64,000 bases of DNA from Macrostomum lignano (GCA_002269645.1 NIVC01000620.1:310001-374000); one strand, 5' to 3'; positions 1-13,633 are shown, numbered from the stretch's first letter. A program made the numbers and translations. Notes: generated by a model not told the origin, from the sequence alone.

Positions 1-589
1 TATCTATCTATGTGATCGATTAGAGAAAAAATGGCTGGACCGATTTTGTTCGAACTTGCACTATTCGATCAGAAATTTTCTCGTGACTGTACATGCATCG
101 TGGCTAAGAAATTGCTCGATGCTAAAGGCATTAAATATTCAAAAAACATGCTTTTTTGCAAAGGTCAAGCAAACTTTTCGACTTGAAATGCATTGTAAGA
201 ATGCTAGCAGAAAAACTGACTGGTTGAATTCTGATTCTGAAATAGATTGCATCATAACTGAATTGTAACTCCGACTTGAATTGAAAATGCAGTGTGGAAG
301 CGTAGCACCAGACTTGATTTAAATTGCGTAACCATATTGTTAACTGATACTGACTGACTGAGAAACTGATTATGTCATAACTGCTTTGTGTGATTTACTC
401 TATGCTTGGATTTTCAAGTGTTGAATTATATAAGTGCAAAATTTGATGTTATCAAAACGATGAGAGCTAGCCTAGAGGTGAACAAACTGAACTGCTAAAT
501 GCAGCGACGATGGTTCGAATTTTCATAGAGTATAATTTTTTTAATTAAAGCTTTTCAACGTCAGGAAAACTAAAAGACTTTTTAAAAAG

Positions 590-2110
590 AAGCGTCATGT
601 AAAAATCATAGAAGCCTCATATAAAAAATCATAGTAGCGTCATATAAAAATCATAGATGCGTCATTTAAAAAATCATAGAAGCGTCATATTAAAATCATA
701 GATGCGTCATTTAAAAAATCATAGAAGCGTCATAATAACAATCATAGAAGCGTCATGTAAACAATCATAGAAGCGTCATGTAAACAATCATAGAAGCGTC
801 ATGTAAACAATCATAGAAGCGTCATGTAAAAAATCATAGAAGCGTCATATAAAAATCATAGAAGCGTCATGTAAACAATCATAAAAAGCGTCATGTAAAC
901 AATCATAGAAGCGTCATGTAAACAATCATAGAAGCGTCATGTAAAAAATCATAGAAATGCCATGTAAAAAATCATAGAAGCGTCATGTAAAAAATCATAG
1001 AAGCGTCATGTAAAAAATCATAGTAGCGTCATATAAAAATCATAGATGTGTCATTTAAAAAATCATAGAAGCGTCATGTAAAAAATCATAGTAGCGTCAT
1101 ATAAAAATCATAGATGCGTTATTTAAAAAATCATAGAAGCGTCATGTAAAAAATCGTAGAAGCGTCATATAAAAATCATAGAAGCGTCATTTAAAAAATC
1201 ATAGAAGCGTCATGTAAAAAATCACAGAAGCGTCATGTAAAAAATCATAGAAGCATCATGTAAACAATCATAGAAGCGTCATGTAAAAAATCATAGAAGC
1301 GTCATATAAAAATCATAGATGCGTCATTTAAAAAATCATAGAAGCGTCATAATAACAATCATAGAAGCGTCATGTAAACAATCATAGAAGCGTCATGTAA
1401 ACAATCATAGAAGCGTCATGTAAACAATCATAGAAGCGTCATGTAAACAATCGTAGAAGTGTCATGTAAAAAATCATAGAAGAGTCATGTTAACATTCAT
1501 AGAAGCGTCATGTAAACAATCATAGCGTCATGTAAACAATCATAGAAGCGTCATGTAAAAAATCATAGAAGCGTCATATAAAAATCATAGAAGCGTCATG
1601 TAAACAATCATAGAAGCGTCATGTAAACAATCATAGAAGCGTCATGTAAACAATCACAGAAGCGTCATGTAAAAAATCGTAGAAGCGTCATATAAAAATC
1701 ATAGAAGCGTCATGTAAAAAATCGTAGAAGCGTCATAATAACAATCATAGAAGCGTCATGTAAACAATCATAGAAGCGTCATGTAAAAAAATTATAAAAG
1801 CGTCATGTAAAAAATCATAGAAGCGTCATGTAAAAAATCATAGAAGCGTCATGTTAACAATCATAGAAGCATCATGTAAACAATCATAGAAGCATCATGT
1901 AAAAAATCATAGAAGCGTCATATAAAAAATCATAGAAGCGTCATGTAAAAAATCAGATAAGCGTCATGTAAACAATCATAGAAGCGTCATGTAAACAATC
2001 ATAGAAGCGTCATATAAAAATCATAGAAGCGTCATGTAAAAAATCATAGAAGCGTCAAGAAAAAATCATAGAAGCCTTATTTAAAAACTAATGAAAGTGT
2101 CATTTAAAAA
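590..2110. repeat. Minisatellite, 22-23-bp unit
   Basis: AAA(C/A)AATCATAGAAGCGTCATGT tandem copies. Confidence 0.95.
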
Positions 2111-2992
2111 ATTAAGAAGCATCATGGTAGAATAAAAGAAGCATCATGTCAGACATGAAGGGTGTCATGTAAAAATTAAATGCAGCTATAATGCTGTGCT
2201 GGGGAGAAAAACTGAGACATCAAGGCTCTCAGAGAATAACTGAGATTACGGGGGGGTTTCTGTGATGTCAAAGCAAAAGTCAGAAGCTACTTCAAAGTTC
2301 ATGTACTTTACTCAATTTTTTTATTGTATTCTTTGTTGGCTCGCCACTAGGGGGGCGCTGATAGAAGAAGAGTCATGTAAAAAATAAAAGTAGCACTACG
2401 TATACATAAAAGAAAAGTCATGTCGAAGTTAAAAGATTCATTTGGGAATTGCTACGAGGTCAAAGCTTGGTGGAAATCGTTATAGTGCTGTGATTCTTAA
2501 AGAAGGAATCACTAAAATGACAAGGCTTAGGGGAGAAGAATTGCTGAGATTTCAAGGCTTTAGGTTGGGTTAAAGTTAGGTTTAGGTCAGGTGTGGGTTG
2601 AAGGTTAGATTTTATCGGGTTTCAAGGTTAACAGAATAACAGGGGATTTTTTAGATTTCAAGGTTTATGGGGGCCATTGCTGATATGTTAAGGCTTACGG
2701 GGGGAATAGCTGAGATGTCAAGGCTCACGGGGGTATAAATGAGATTTCAAGGCTAAAGTCAGAAGCTACATGTAGTTTATTGAAAACTTTTTATTACATT
2801 ATTTGATGCCTCCTCAGGGGAGGGATCGCTGATAAAAAAAAGCATAATGTAAAAAATAAAAGAAGCTTCATGTCGAAGTTAAGAGATTCATTTGGGAATC
2901 CCTACGATGTCGAGGCTTGCAGGGAATCGCTATAATGCTGTAGTAGTGCTATAATGACTCTTAGAGAGAATTATTACTGAAATTTCAATGCT

Positions 2993-3072
2993 TTAGGGTT
3001 AGGTTAGGATTAGGGTTAGGGTTAGGGTTAGGGTTAGGGTTAGGGTTAGGGTTAGGCTAGGGTTAGGGTTAG
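2993..3072 (+). repeat. Interstitial telomeric (TTAGGG)n tract
   Basis: 7 perfect units at 3010-3051 plus degenerate flanks. Confidence 0.9.
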
Positions 3073-4269
3073 AAGGTTGACAGATATTTTTAGATTTCCA
3101 AGGCTTATTGGGGGCATTGCTGAGATGTCAAGGGGGGAGTTGATATGTTAAAGCTTGTGGGGGGGATTACTGACATGTCAAGGCTTACAAGGTTTGACAG
3201 GAGATTTTTTAAGATTTCAAAGATATATGTAGCTTATTAAAAAAAGTGTATTGCATTTCTTTGGCTCCCCAACGGGGGGCGTAGATTGCTAGTTTATTCT
3301 AAGCTTCGCTGAAAAGTTTTTTGTTTTAGAAGAAAGTTAAAAAGAAAAACGACAAACTTTATAAAGACTAATTTTATTGTGACATGTTTTGTTTTGTCGC
3401 AGTTTAATTGAGTTGTTTTATGAGATGCCCATCTGTTACGGCAGAATTTCAAAGTATGATTTTAGGAGCCTGGATAATCTGAAAAACCACACTGTCATCA
3501 TCCCTAATCTATCGACTGCCTTAGACATGTGTCTAAGGTGTTATTGCAAAGCTGAGACATGCATCAAGAAGTGGTAGAAGTTTCAGAGCAAATGATTGAA
3601 GCATAGAGATGGAGCAATAAGTCAAAAATTTGGTTGGTCCTGGTACGGATGATGAATGACTCACGGAAAGCACACTTTGGAAGCAGATATCCCGGGAAAT
3701 ACAAAAGTCAGACATGTGTCTAAGGTGTCATTGCAAAGCTGAGACATGCGTCAGAAACTGACAAAAAATTCATAGCTACTATTACTTCATAAGTTCTTTG
3801 GCGTGAGAATTTTTTGTAAGGAATGTGTGATAAAATTCGTTTTGACACACTTTGTATTCGTACCAATATTTTTTTCTTTAAGACATAAAATTTTTTTCTA
3901 CAAAATTTTAAAGCTGAATAAAATTTATCAGCATTAATGCATCCTGAAACATAAGTTCATTTTTTGTTTGAATTATCCGTTTGAAGGAGAAAATATCTGT
4001 CGAGAATATCTGTCAGGGAACCCTCACATATCATTTTTATACATTATAAATTATAAAATTATAAAACTAATTCTAAAAGAATAACCAGAGTTGGCATATG
4101 TCAAAGTGCAAATTCTAGTTTTTTTATTCTAATCCAATATAAATAAATAAATATACAAAAAATAATAATGTTCTTTAAATAACAGGCTATAACTTTATAA
4201 TGATAATACTATATAGGTAGAACAAAAGTCTTGTCATCAGTTACCTCTTGACAAGCAAACAGGTAAAAA

Positions 4270-5320
4270 ACATGGAATATTTTGTAATTTCTATTCGATG
4301 CAATCACATGCTGGCAGTGGTCTTGAGGCAGATTCACTTATTTGTTATTCTTAGAAAGCACTTTTAGAGATGCTCTGCAACATCTATAATAAGGCATCTT
4401 CAACTTCTTGATAGCTATTAAGGTCATGTCCCACAGTACATTCTTCATCAAAGGAATAAAAATGAATCACATAGGTTTAGATCAAGACTATAGGGGCTCT
4501 GCCATATCATAGTGACAGAATGCTCTTGCAGGAAATCTTAAGAAGAGTTGTGCAACAATATGTAGTTGAGCATTGTCTATTTGCAAGCTAATCTTGCTCA
4601 GTTAGACTGGATTGGAACACAAAGTATGCCACAGGTTTCTAGTTCACTAAAGGTAGCTTACCTTCTGCTTGGTATCCATTGTCTCTTCCTAAAGCAATAT
4701 AGGCCTAGTGACTAAGAATTGCTTATTGGCTATGAATGACTATTAGCAGGGACTTCCACTTCATCATGGCAGTTGGTTGCATGACCTGCTTCTGGGGCTT
4801 TTCCCTCAAGCCAAGTCCTATTGTTAGTCTGTTCTATGAGCATTCCAGGACACCTATGTTTTATCTTGTACAATATATAAATTGTACCTTTCCTCTTTTA
4901 TCCCTAGCAAAACCCATTGCAATTATGTGGCACAGTTGACTTGCATCTGTCTCTGCTTATCTGTGAGATTGCGGGATACCTACATAGCATACTTACTTTA
5001 GCTATAAGTCCTCTTAAAAGATACAAAGTATTATGCTATGGTCACTACTCAGCTACTCAGCTAGATTATAAGACAAGAGATGAGGATCCTCATAGATCAT
5101 CTCTTTCACCTTTATCCCTAGCTCACCTATCCTTGAGCTCTTTGGCTAGCTAGGTCAATCACCATTGCCAAGCACTTCCTGCATCCCATCATTGACATCC
5201 TTCATCTAGCACTATTGGTTCTTAGGGATAGAACAGCATTGCCCTAAGCAGCTTTCAGACCTTGGTGGACTTGTAGCAATTGTTGATAAAGATAAAGAGC
5301 AAAGGCGGTGGCTCTGTGTT
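4270..5320 (-). pseudogene. Decayed mariner/Tc1-family transposase
   Basis: Minus-strand reading across stops and frameshifts: KVKEMIYEDPH, *VSRNLTDKQR (WVPHEL-like), DKT*V (DETWV-like), IDNAQLH (HDNA), SPYSLDLNLCDSFLF (YSPDL…D) and CQHVIASNRNY. Confidence 0.75.
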
Positions 5321-6189
5321 TGCTATATGAACAGAATCACTTAAAGAGTTGAAGTACTTAGGTTACGTTTATTTATAGTACTGAACTGAGTATAACTGGA
5401 AATTTCTAGAAGTTTCATTAGTTACAACAAAATTAAATATTTTAAATGCTATTATGCAACACTACCGTACAAATGCATTAATAAATATGACAACAATAAA
5501 TTTTATACCTAATATTAAGCAGTAGAACTAACATTTAATTAAACTAAAGGAAATTTCTGGAATAAACATTAACTTTGCACTAAAAAAGTAATTTCTCGAA
5601 AATTCTAATTCTAAAAATAAATCAAGTGTACATGTACCTTCTAAGATTGATACTTTACGCTACAGACTTTGTTACTAGCTGAATCATCAAGCTTTAGTCA
5701 AATAGCCATATAAAACTAAAAATGTGTCTTATTAGGCTCTATGCTTTTACCATACTATTTCTTAGCTCATTGCATGCCTTATAGACACTCAATGATTTTG
5801 AGCCTGGCTTTAAGTGAGTTTTTCTCGTGGCAAACCAGTTTTTTTAGCAGCTAGTTTGTCTATGGCCATTTTTTATTTATATGAAAAGTTATGGAATAAT
5901 AGCTATTTTTAGCAGAGTTATAGTATAAATAACAAAAATTTGTTCCACTCAAAGTAATCTTAAAGACACACATTTTAAAACTTTGAAATGCATATTTTTT
6001 CAAGTAATTTTTATTCTTTGTTTAATTTTTTCCTTTATTAAAAAATGAGTATGCATTGTAACTTTTTGTAATAAATCCAACAATTCAAAATTTGGTTAAA
6101 ACTAAAATGGAGTATTTTTATATATACCAACTTTTATAATTATATAGTTTTGATTCTAATTCTGTCAAAGCCCCAGTTTGCATGTTTTG

Positions 6190-6735
6190 AGTCTTAATTA
6201 TTATATTTAAAGCCTTAATTCTCATGTTTAGAGTCCCAATTCTCATGTTTAGAGCCTTTATTCTCATGGTTAGAGCCTTGATTCTCATGTTTATTAGAGC
6301 CCTGGTACTCATGTTTAGAGCCCTGATTCTCATGTTTATTAGAGCCCTGGTACTCATGTTTAGAGCCCTGATTCTCATGTTTATTAGAGCCCTGATTCTC
6401 ATGTTTAGAGCCTTAGAGAATAGAGCCTAGATTCTCATGTTTAGAGCCCTAATTCTCATGTTTATTAAAGAGCCCTGAAACTCATGTTTAGAGCCCTGAT
6501 TCTCATGTTTATCAGAGCCCTGATTCTCATGTTTAGAGCCCTGATACTCATGCTTAGAGCTCTGATTCTCATGTTTATCAGAGCCCTGATTCTCATGTTT
6601 AGAGCCCTGATACTCATGCTTAGAGCTCTGATTCTCATGTTTATAGTGTTGATTCTTATGTTTAGACTAGATTCTTATGTTTAGAGCCCAGATTCTCATG
6701 TCTATAGCTCTGATTCTTATATTTGGAGCCCTGGT
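6190..6735. repeat. Minisatellite, 21/24-bp unit
   Basis: TTCTCATGTTT(ATT)AGAGCCCTGA. Confidence 0.93.
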
Positions 6736-7359
6736 GACATTGTCCAAGTAAACACAAAATAATCAATGAATCTTATATTCACAGCCCTGACATATTTAAA
6801 GTACATGTTTAAGAATAAATGTAACCAGTTACCAGTACGTATACTTAAAGTAGTTAATAAGAGATGTTATCGATCGTGTACTTGCACATTAATTCTAGTA
6901 GCAGCCCGAAAAAGAGTTATTGAAAAAAATCTTCAAGGTAATTTAATCCAGTTAGTTACTAACATTTTGCTTGCATTCCTTTCTAAATGAAGCTTGATTT
7001 CTCTTGAATCTGCGTTTGAAACCCTTTTCTGAGCACTGATACTACAGAAGTACTACACAAGCCTGAAAATCTTTAATTAAGACTTCATTTTCTTTTTTCG
7101 TCCACACTCTAGCCTCGTTGGAACAGTTTTGAGTCTAACAATTACCCAGTTTCCTTCAACTCGAACTCATGTTTGACTGCGTGCATGTGTGCGCGCTTGG
7201 CTACCAACTCTCTGCCTCCCTCATGTGCTCCTCTCTCATGGGTGTGTGTGCTTGTGCCTATATAAAGTCTGCTAAAGCTACACTTATTTCCATAACTCAG
7301 TTTTCGTTGTTTCATTTTTACTCTCCCGTGACCTGTCTATAAATAGAAAATCAAACAAA

Positions 7360-7531
7360 ATGGCTGAAACTATTAGAAAAAAGTTAGAAATACAGATTGA
7401 CGAATCATTGAAATTGTCAGTTGGGGATTTGTCAAATTCTGAAGATGAAGAGGAGGAAGAAGACTGCTTGTCATCGTCTGGGCTCACATCGCCCAGCTCG
7501 TTTGTGTATTATTATCGTGGCTGCATTTCAG
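7360..7531 (+). CDS. Putative first coding exon of the MAP7-like gene
   Basis: TATATAAAG at 7259, CAAAATGG start, acidic ORF MAETIRKKLE…EDEEEEED, phase-1 donor CAG/GTTGGT compatible with exon 13634. Confidence 0.45.
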
Positions 7532-7659
7532 GTTGGTTTGTGATGTTTTAACTCGATACGTTTATTCATTGTATATCTGTGTTCATTGTCACTTTTTTTA
7601 ACTGAAATTGTTTTGATGCTTCTCTATTCTTACTTCCTTTATCTCACGCCTGCCCTCAT

Positions 7660-9130
7660 TTCACCCCTGTCCTCTCCACCCTCTTTTTCTCTCCCCTCCT
7701 TTCTCCCATCTCCTCTCCCCTTCTTTCTCCCCTCTCCTTTCTCCCATCTCCTCTCCCCTCTCCTTTATCCCCTCTCCTTTCTCCCCTCCTTTCTCCCCTC
7801 TCTTCTCCCCTCTCCTTTCTCCCCTCTCCTTTCTCCCATCTCCTTTCTCCCCTCCTTTCTCCCCTCTCTTCTCCCCTCTCCTTTCTCCCCTCTCCTTTCT
7901 CCCATCTCCTTTCTCCCCTCCTTTCTCCCCTCTCTTCTCCCCTCTCCTTTCTCCCATCTCCTCTCCCCCCTCCTTTCTCCCCTCTCCTTTCTCCCATCTC
8001 CTCTCCCCTCTCCTTTCTCCCCTCTTCTTTCTCCTCCTTTCTCCCCTCTCCTTTCTCCCATCTCCTCTCCCCTCCTTTCTCCCCTCTTCTTTCTCCCCTC
8101 CTTTCTCCCCTCTCTTCTCCCCTCTCCTTTCTCCCATCTCCTCTCCCCTCTCCTTTCTCCCCTCCTTTCTCCCCTCTCTTCTCCCCTCTCCTTTCTCCCA
8201 TCTCCTCTCCCCCCTCCTTTCTCCCCTCTCCTTTCTCCCATCTCCTCTCCCCTCTCCTTTCTCCCCTCTCCTTTCTCCCCTCTCCTTTCTCCCATCTCCT
8301 CTCCCCTCCTTTCTCCCCTCTCTTCTCCCCTCTCCTTTCTCCCCTCCTTTCTCCCCTCTCTTCTCCCCTCTCCTTTCTCCCCTCTCCTTTCTCCCCTCTC
8401 CTTTCTCCCCTCTCCTTTCTCCCCTCTCCTTTCTCCCCTCTCTTCTCCCCTCTCCTTTCTCCCATCTCCTCTCCCCCCTCCTTTCTCCCCTCTCCTTTCT
8501 CCCATCTCCTTTCTCCCATCTCCTCTCCCCTCCTTTCTCCCCTCTCTTCTCCCCTCTCCTTTCTCCCATCTCCTCTCCCCCCTCCTTTCTCCCCTCTCCT
8601 TTCTCCCATCTCCTTTCTCCCATCTCCTCTCCCCTCCTTTCTCCCCTCTCTTCTCCCCTCTCCTTTCTCCCATCTCCTCTCCCCCCTCCTTTCTCCCTTC
8701 TCCTTTCTCCCATCTCCTCTCCCCTCTCCTTTCTCCCCACTCCTTTCTCCCATCTCCTCTCCCCTTTCCTTTCTCCCCTCTTCTTTCTCCTCCTTTCTCC
8801 CCTCTCCTTTCTCCCCTCTCCTTTCTCCCCTCTTCTTTCTCCTCCTTTCTCCCCTCTCCTTTCTCCCATCTCCTCTCCCCTCCTTTCTCCCCTCTCCTTT
8901 CTCCCATCTCCTCTCCCCTCCTTTCTCCCCTCTCCTTTCTCCCATCTCCTCTCCCCTCCTTTCTCCCCTCTCCTTTCTCCCATCTCCTCTCCCCTCCTTT
9001 CTCCCCTCTCCTTTCTCCCATCTCCTCTCCCCTCCTTTCTCCCCTCTCCTTTCTCCCCTCTCCTTTCTCCCATCTCCTCTCCCCTCCTTTCTCCCCTCTG
9101 TTTTCTCCCCTCTCCGTTCTTCCCTCTCTT
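7660..9130. repeat. Polypyrimidine minisatellite
   Basis: TCTCCTTTCTCCCC variants, almost purely C/T. Confidence 0.93.
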
Positions 9131-10508
9131 CCTGTCTCACTCCTTTCTCCCCTCATTTCTCTTCTCTCCTCTCTCTTTCATTTCTCCCCTCACATCTGTC
9201 CTCTCTCCTTTCCCTCATCTCTTCTCCCCCTCTCTTTTCTACTCTGCTCCATTTTCTCCTCTCCCTCGTTTCCTCTTCTCTCTTTCCTTTCTACTTGCCT
9301 TCTTGTCTCTTGTTTCTCCTCTCTTCCTGTTTCTCATCTCTCCTTTTTATCGCTTTCTTATCTCTACTTTACTTTCAGTTTTTTTACGTTATTGTAATCT
9401 TCCCTCCGCCTGTAATCTCATAACTCATCACTCTCATCTTGAAGGCAATTCCAATCCAATCTACGAAAAATATCGAGTCGAAAATGTACGAGGATTAATG
9501 CAGATTGACAGTTGATATGAAGTTGAGCTTAAGCACGCCATAATGCCATTTGATAATTAATCCCTAGCTGCTGCGGATCATGTGCATTTGGCTCTGTAAT
9601 TAGAGCCTATTGTTATGAGACTATTCCATACAGACAATGCCAGCCTGAATTAAATGGCATTGGATACTGAAGTAGATTGATTTTTTTCTGTTATCCATCT
9701 GCCTTTCTTGTCGTCTTTCGTTTCTCTAAAGTCGTACGAGTATCTGTCCATGGATTCTTAGTAGCATTCTCTGGACTCTGAGCAGGAAAAGCCAGAAACT
9801 CCTAGATTAAAAACTCTGGACTGGAAACGGTGAACAGGGAAGTCAGGGATTCCTAGTTAGAACTCTGGACTGGAAGCGAACAGGGAAATCCAGGGACTCC
9901 TAGCTGGAGCTCTGAACTAGAAATGGCAAGCAGGGAAAACCAGGGACTCCCATCTGAAGCTCTGGACTGGAAACGTCAAATAGGGAAAACCAGGGACTCC
10001 TAGTTGGAACTCTGAACTGAAAACAAACAGAAAATGCCAGGGACTCCTAGAAGTCTCTAGATTGGAAAGTATGTAAGAAAGACAGAGACTTCAAAAGAAT
10101 CGATGATGCTTTTGTGTATTATATTACATGTTTATGGCTTCTTGCTGGCTCTGACTTACTAATAATGTACCCTTAGTAACTAAATGGGCGTTGTCTGTTA
10201 TTCTATTGATTTTGTCAAACTCTTTTCCTCTGCATTAAGATAGGACAGTAGCTAGGGTCTGTGCTCTGTACTCCCTACGCCCTATGAATCTATAGTCAGT
10301 CTATAGTCACCTCTGTTTTTTTCTAAAAAAGTTCTTTATTACAACCAACCAAATTCCACGTTGAATGGAAGTTTCCATCGCTCCAGCTCTGTACTGTCTT
10401 CACCTGCCTCTCTTCCCCGTTGCACATGTCCATCATGTGAATTTTCTTCCTGTCCCTTTTTCTACCTGTCCAAACTGTCTGCACTGCTGTTACCTATGTC
10501 TGGAATGG

Positions 10509-10522
10509 GTTGCCATGGCAAC
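10509..10522. promoter_or_regulatory. X-box (RFX-binding) palindrome
   Basis: Perfect GTTGCCATGGCAAC. Confidence 0.6.
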
Positions 10523-10692
10523 GCCGTACGGATGGGGGTGACGGAGCTGTGGCATTTGGGCTGATATACTGGGGCCAGTTTCCACATTCTTGAGTCTTTT
10601 CTCTCTACCCCTTCATTAATCCCCAGTGCCCGATACTCCCAGGGGATTCGAGCTGAGAACGGTTCATTAGCGCGAAACCGTGTGCTCAAGGG

Positions 10693-10726
<34 letters not shown>

Positions 10727-11184
10727 CAGAAAGAGCAGAAAAGGGGGCTGAGCTGACAGACAGAACGTCACTGCACAGGTAGACTTCTCGCCTCTAAGCT
10801 TAACCACGTATTAAAATCCTCTCCCCTTGCTCAGAACCTCATTGGTCAGCTCTGTACTGACAGACTCAGCTCTGGCTTATTCTAACCCTTATAGAGCATA
10901 AAAATCTATTATTCCCATATATGTTCCTGACGAAATAATCCCCAATTGAATCTCAGTTATAGGCAAATCTCTGTAAGCTTTATTATATAGATATATTCAA
11001 TCTCTTCAAGTCTCAATGGTTGTTCAACTGCAGTCTACTGAGATTAAACTAAGAGGTGAATTTTTTTCTATTACTTTTTGCACTACTTTTGTTAGGTCTG
11101 TCTGTTTACATTAATAGCAATGTTTTTTTCATGTAGCATTTTATTTTATTTGTACAAGCTTGCTGCCTGCAACTGCCAATCTGC

Positions 11185-13550
11185 CATCATCCCAGATCCT
11201 CGGTTGCTGGGCCAGCCTCCCCGATCATCAGTTGCTGGGCCAGTCTCCCGATCATCAGTTGCTAGGCCACCAGTCTCCCAGATCCTCAGTTGCTGGGCCA
11301 CCAGCCTCCCAAATGCTCAGTTGCTGGGCCACCAGCCTCCCAGATTCTCAGTTGCTGGGCCACCAGCCTCCCAGATTCTCAGTTGCTGGGCCACCAGCCT
11401 CCCAGATTCTCAGTTGCTGGGCCACCAGCCTCCCAGATCCTCAGTTGCTGGGCCAGTCTCCCCGATCATCAGTTGCTGGGCCACCAGTCTCCCAGATCCT
11501 CGGTTGCTGGGCCACCAGCCTCCCAGATCCTCAGTTGCTGGGCCAGCCTCCCAAATCCTCAGTTGCTGGGCCACCAGCCTCCCAGATTCTCAGTTGCTGG
11601 GCCACCAGCCTCCCAGATCCTCAGTTGCTGGGCCACCAGCCTCCCAGATCCTCAGTTGATGGGCCACCAGCCTCCCAGATCCTCGGTTGCTGGGCCAGCC
11701 TCCCAGATCATCAGTTGCTGGGCCACCAGCCTCCCAGATCCTCAGTTGCTGGGCCACCAGCCTCCCAGATTCTCAGTTGCTGGGCCAGCCTCCCAAATCC
11801 TCAGTTGCTGGGCCACCAGCCTCCCAGATTCTCAGTTGCTGGGCCAGCCTCCCAAATCCTCAGTTGCTGGGCCACCAGCCTCCCAGATTCTCAGTTGCTG
11901 GGCCAGCCTCCCAAATCCTCAGTTGCTGGGCCACCAGCCTCCCAGATTCTCAGTTGCTGGGCCACCAGCCTCCCAGATCCTCAGTTGCTGGGCCACCAGC
12001 CTCCCAGATCCTCAGTTGATGGGCCACCAGCCTCCCAGATCCTCGGTTGCTGGGCCAGCCTCCCAGATCCTCAGTTGCTGGGCCACCAGCCTCCCAGATC
12101 CTCAGTTGCTGGGCCACCAGCCTCCCAGATCCTCAGTTGCTGGACCAGCCTCTCAGATCCTCAGTTGATGGGCCAGCCTCCCAGATCCTCAGTTGCTGGG
12201 CCACCAGCCTCCCAGATTCTCAGTTGCTGGGCCACCAGCCTCCCAGATCCTCAGTTGCTGGGCCACCAGCCTCCCAGATTCTCAGTTGCTGGGCCACCAG
12301 CCTCCCAGATCCTCGGTTGCTGGGCCAGCCTCCCCGATCATCAGTTGCTGGGCCAGTCTCCCGATCATCAGTTGCTAGGCCACCAGTCTCCCAGATCCTC
12401 AGTTGCTGGGCCACCAGCCTCCCAAATGCTCAGTTGCTGGGCCACCAGCCTCCCAGATTCTCAGTTGCTGGGCCACCAGCCTCCCAGATTCTCAGTTGCT
12501 GGGCCACCAGCCTCCCAGATTCTCAGTTGCTGGGCCACCAGCCTCCCAGATCCTCAGTTGCTGGGCCAGTCTCCCCGATCATCAGTTGCTGGGCCACCAG
12601 TCTCCCAGATCCTCGGTTGCTGGGCCACCAGCCTCCCAGATCCTCAGTTGCTGGGCCAGCCTCCCAAATCCTCAGTTGCTGGGCCACCAGCCTCCCAGAT
12701 TCTCAGTTGCTGGGCCACCAGCCTCCCAGATCCTCAGTTGCTGGGCCACCAGCCTCCCAGATCCTCAGTTGATGGGCCACCAGCCTCCCAGATCCTCGGT
12801 TGCTGGGCCAGCCTCCCAGATCATCAGTTGCTGGGCCACCAGCCTCCCAGATCCTCAGTTGCTGGGCCACCAGCCTCCCAGATTCTCAGTTGCTGGGCCA
12901 GCCTCCCAAATCCTCAGTTGCTGGGCCACCAGCCTCCCAGATTCTCAGTTGCTGGGCCAGCCTCCCAAATCCTCAGTTGCTGGGCCACCAGCCTCCCAGA
13001 TTCTCAGTTGCTGGGCCAGCCTCCCAAATCCTCAGTTGCTGGGCCACCAGCCTCCCAGATTCTCAGTTGCTGGGCCACCAGCCTCCCAGATCCTCAGTTG
13101 CTGGGCCACCAGCCTCCCAGATCCTCAGTTGATGGGCCACCAGCCTCCCAGATCCTCGGTTGCTGGGCCAGCCTCCCAGATCCTCAGTTGCTGGGCCACC
13201 AGCCTCCCAGATCCTCAGTTGCTGGGCCACCAGCCTCCCAGATCCTCAGTTGCTGGACCAGCCTCTCAGATCCTCAGTTGATGGGCCAGCCTCCCAGATC
13301 CTCAGTTGCTGGGCCACCAGCCTCCCAGATTCTCAGTTGCTGGGCCACCAGCCTCCCAGATCCTCAGTTGCTGGGCCACCAGCCTCCCAGATTCTCAGTT
13401 GCTGGGCCACCAGCCTCCCAGATCCTCAGTTGATGGGCCAGTCTCCCCGATCATCAGTTGCTGGGCCACCAGTCTCCCAGATCCTCGGTTGCTGGGCCAC
13501 CAGCCTCCCAGATCCTCAGTTGCTGGGCCAGCCTCCCAGATCCTCAGTTG
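11185..13550. repeat. Minisatellite, 31/27-bp unit with a 1113-bp higher-order duplication
   Basis: CTCCCAGATCCTCAGTTGCTGGGCCACCAGC; identical translated tracts offset by 1113 bp. Confidence 0.95.
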
Positions 13551-13633
13551 GTTCTTCATCTAAAACTGTCAATATTTAGAAAAATCCATAAGTGCAGTGC
13601 ATTAATCTGTGTGAAACGCTGAATATTTTGCAG

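Noticed and set aside
1-130. Possible Helitron-related non-autonomous element end (TATC repeat followed by GGCTGGACCGATTTTG)
   Set aside because: Truncated by the window edge; the resemblance rests on memory of a short motif only.
2993-3072. True chromosome end
   Set aside because: Short tract with ordinary sequence on both sides.
4270-5320. RIP-like CpA-to-TpA hypermutation in the mariner fossil
   Set aside because: Stops arising from CAA, CAG or TGG are expected from any transitions; this cannot be tested without a consensus sequence.
11185-13550. CRISPR-like array of palindromic ~30-bp repeats
   Set aside because: Units are contiguous with no unique spacers, there are no cas genes, and the context is eukaryotic.
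7586-13579. Long ORFs (470-757 aa) in the 7.6-9.4 kb and 11.1-13.6 kb arrays; likewise 31028-32493, 33601-35117 and 57231-59127
   Set aside because: Stop-free translations of tandem repeats, open in several frames or strands and lying inside introns.
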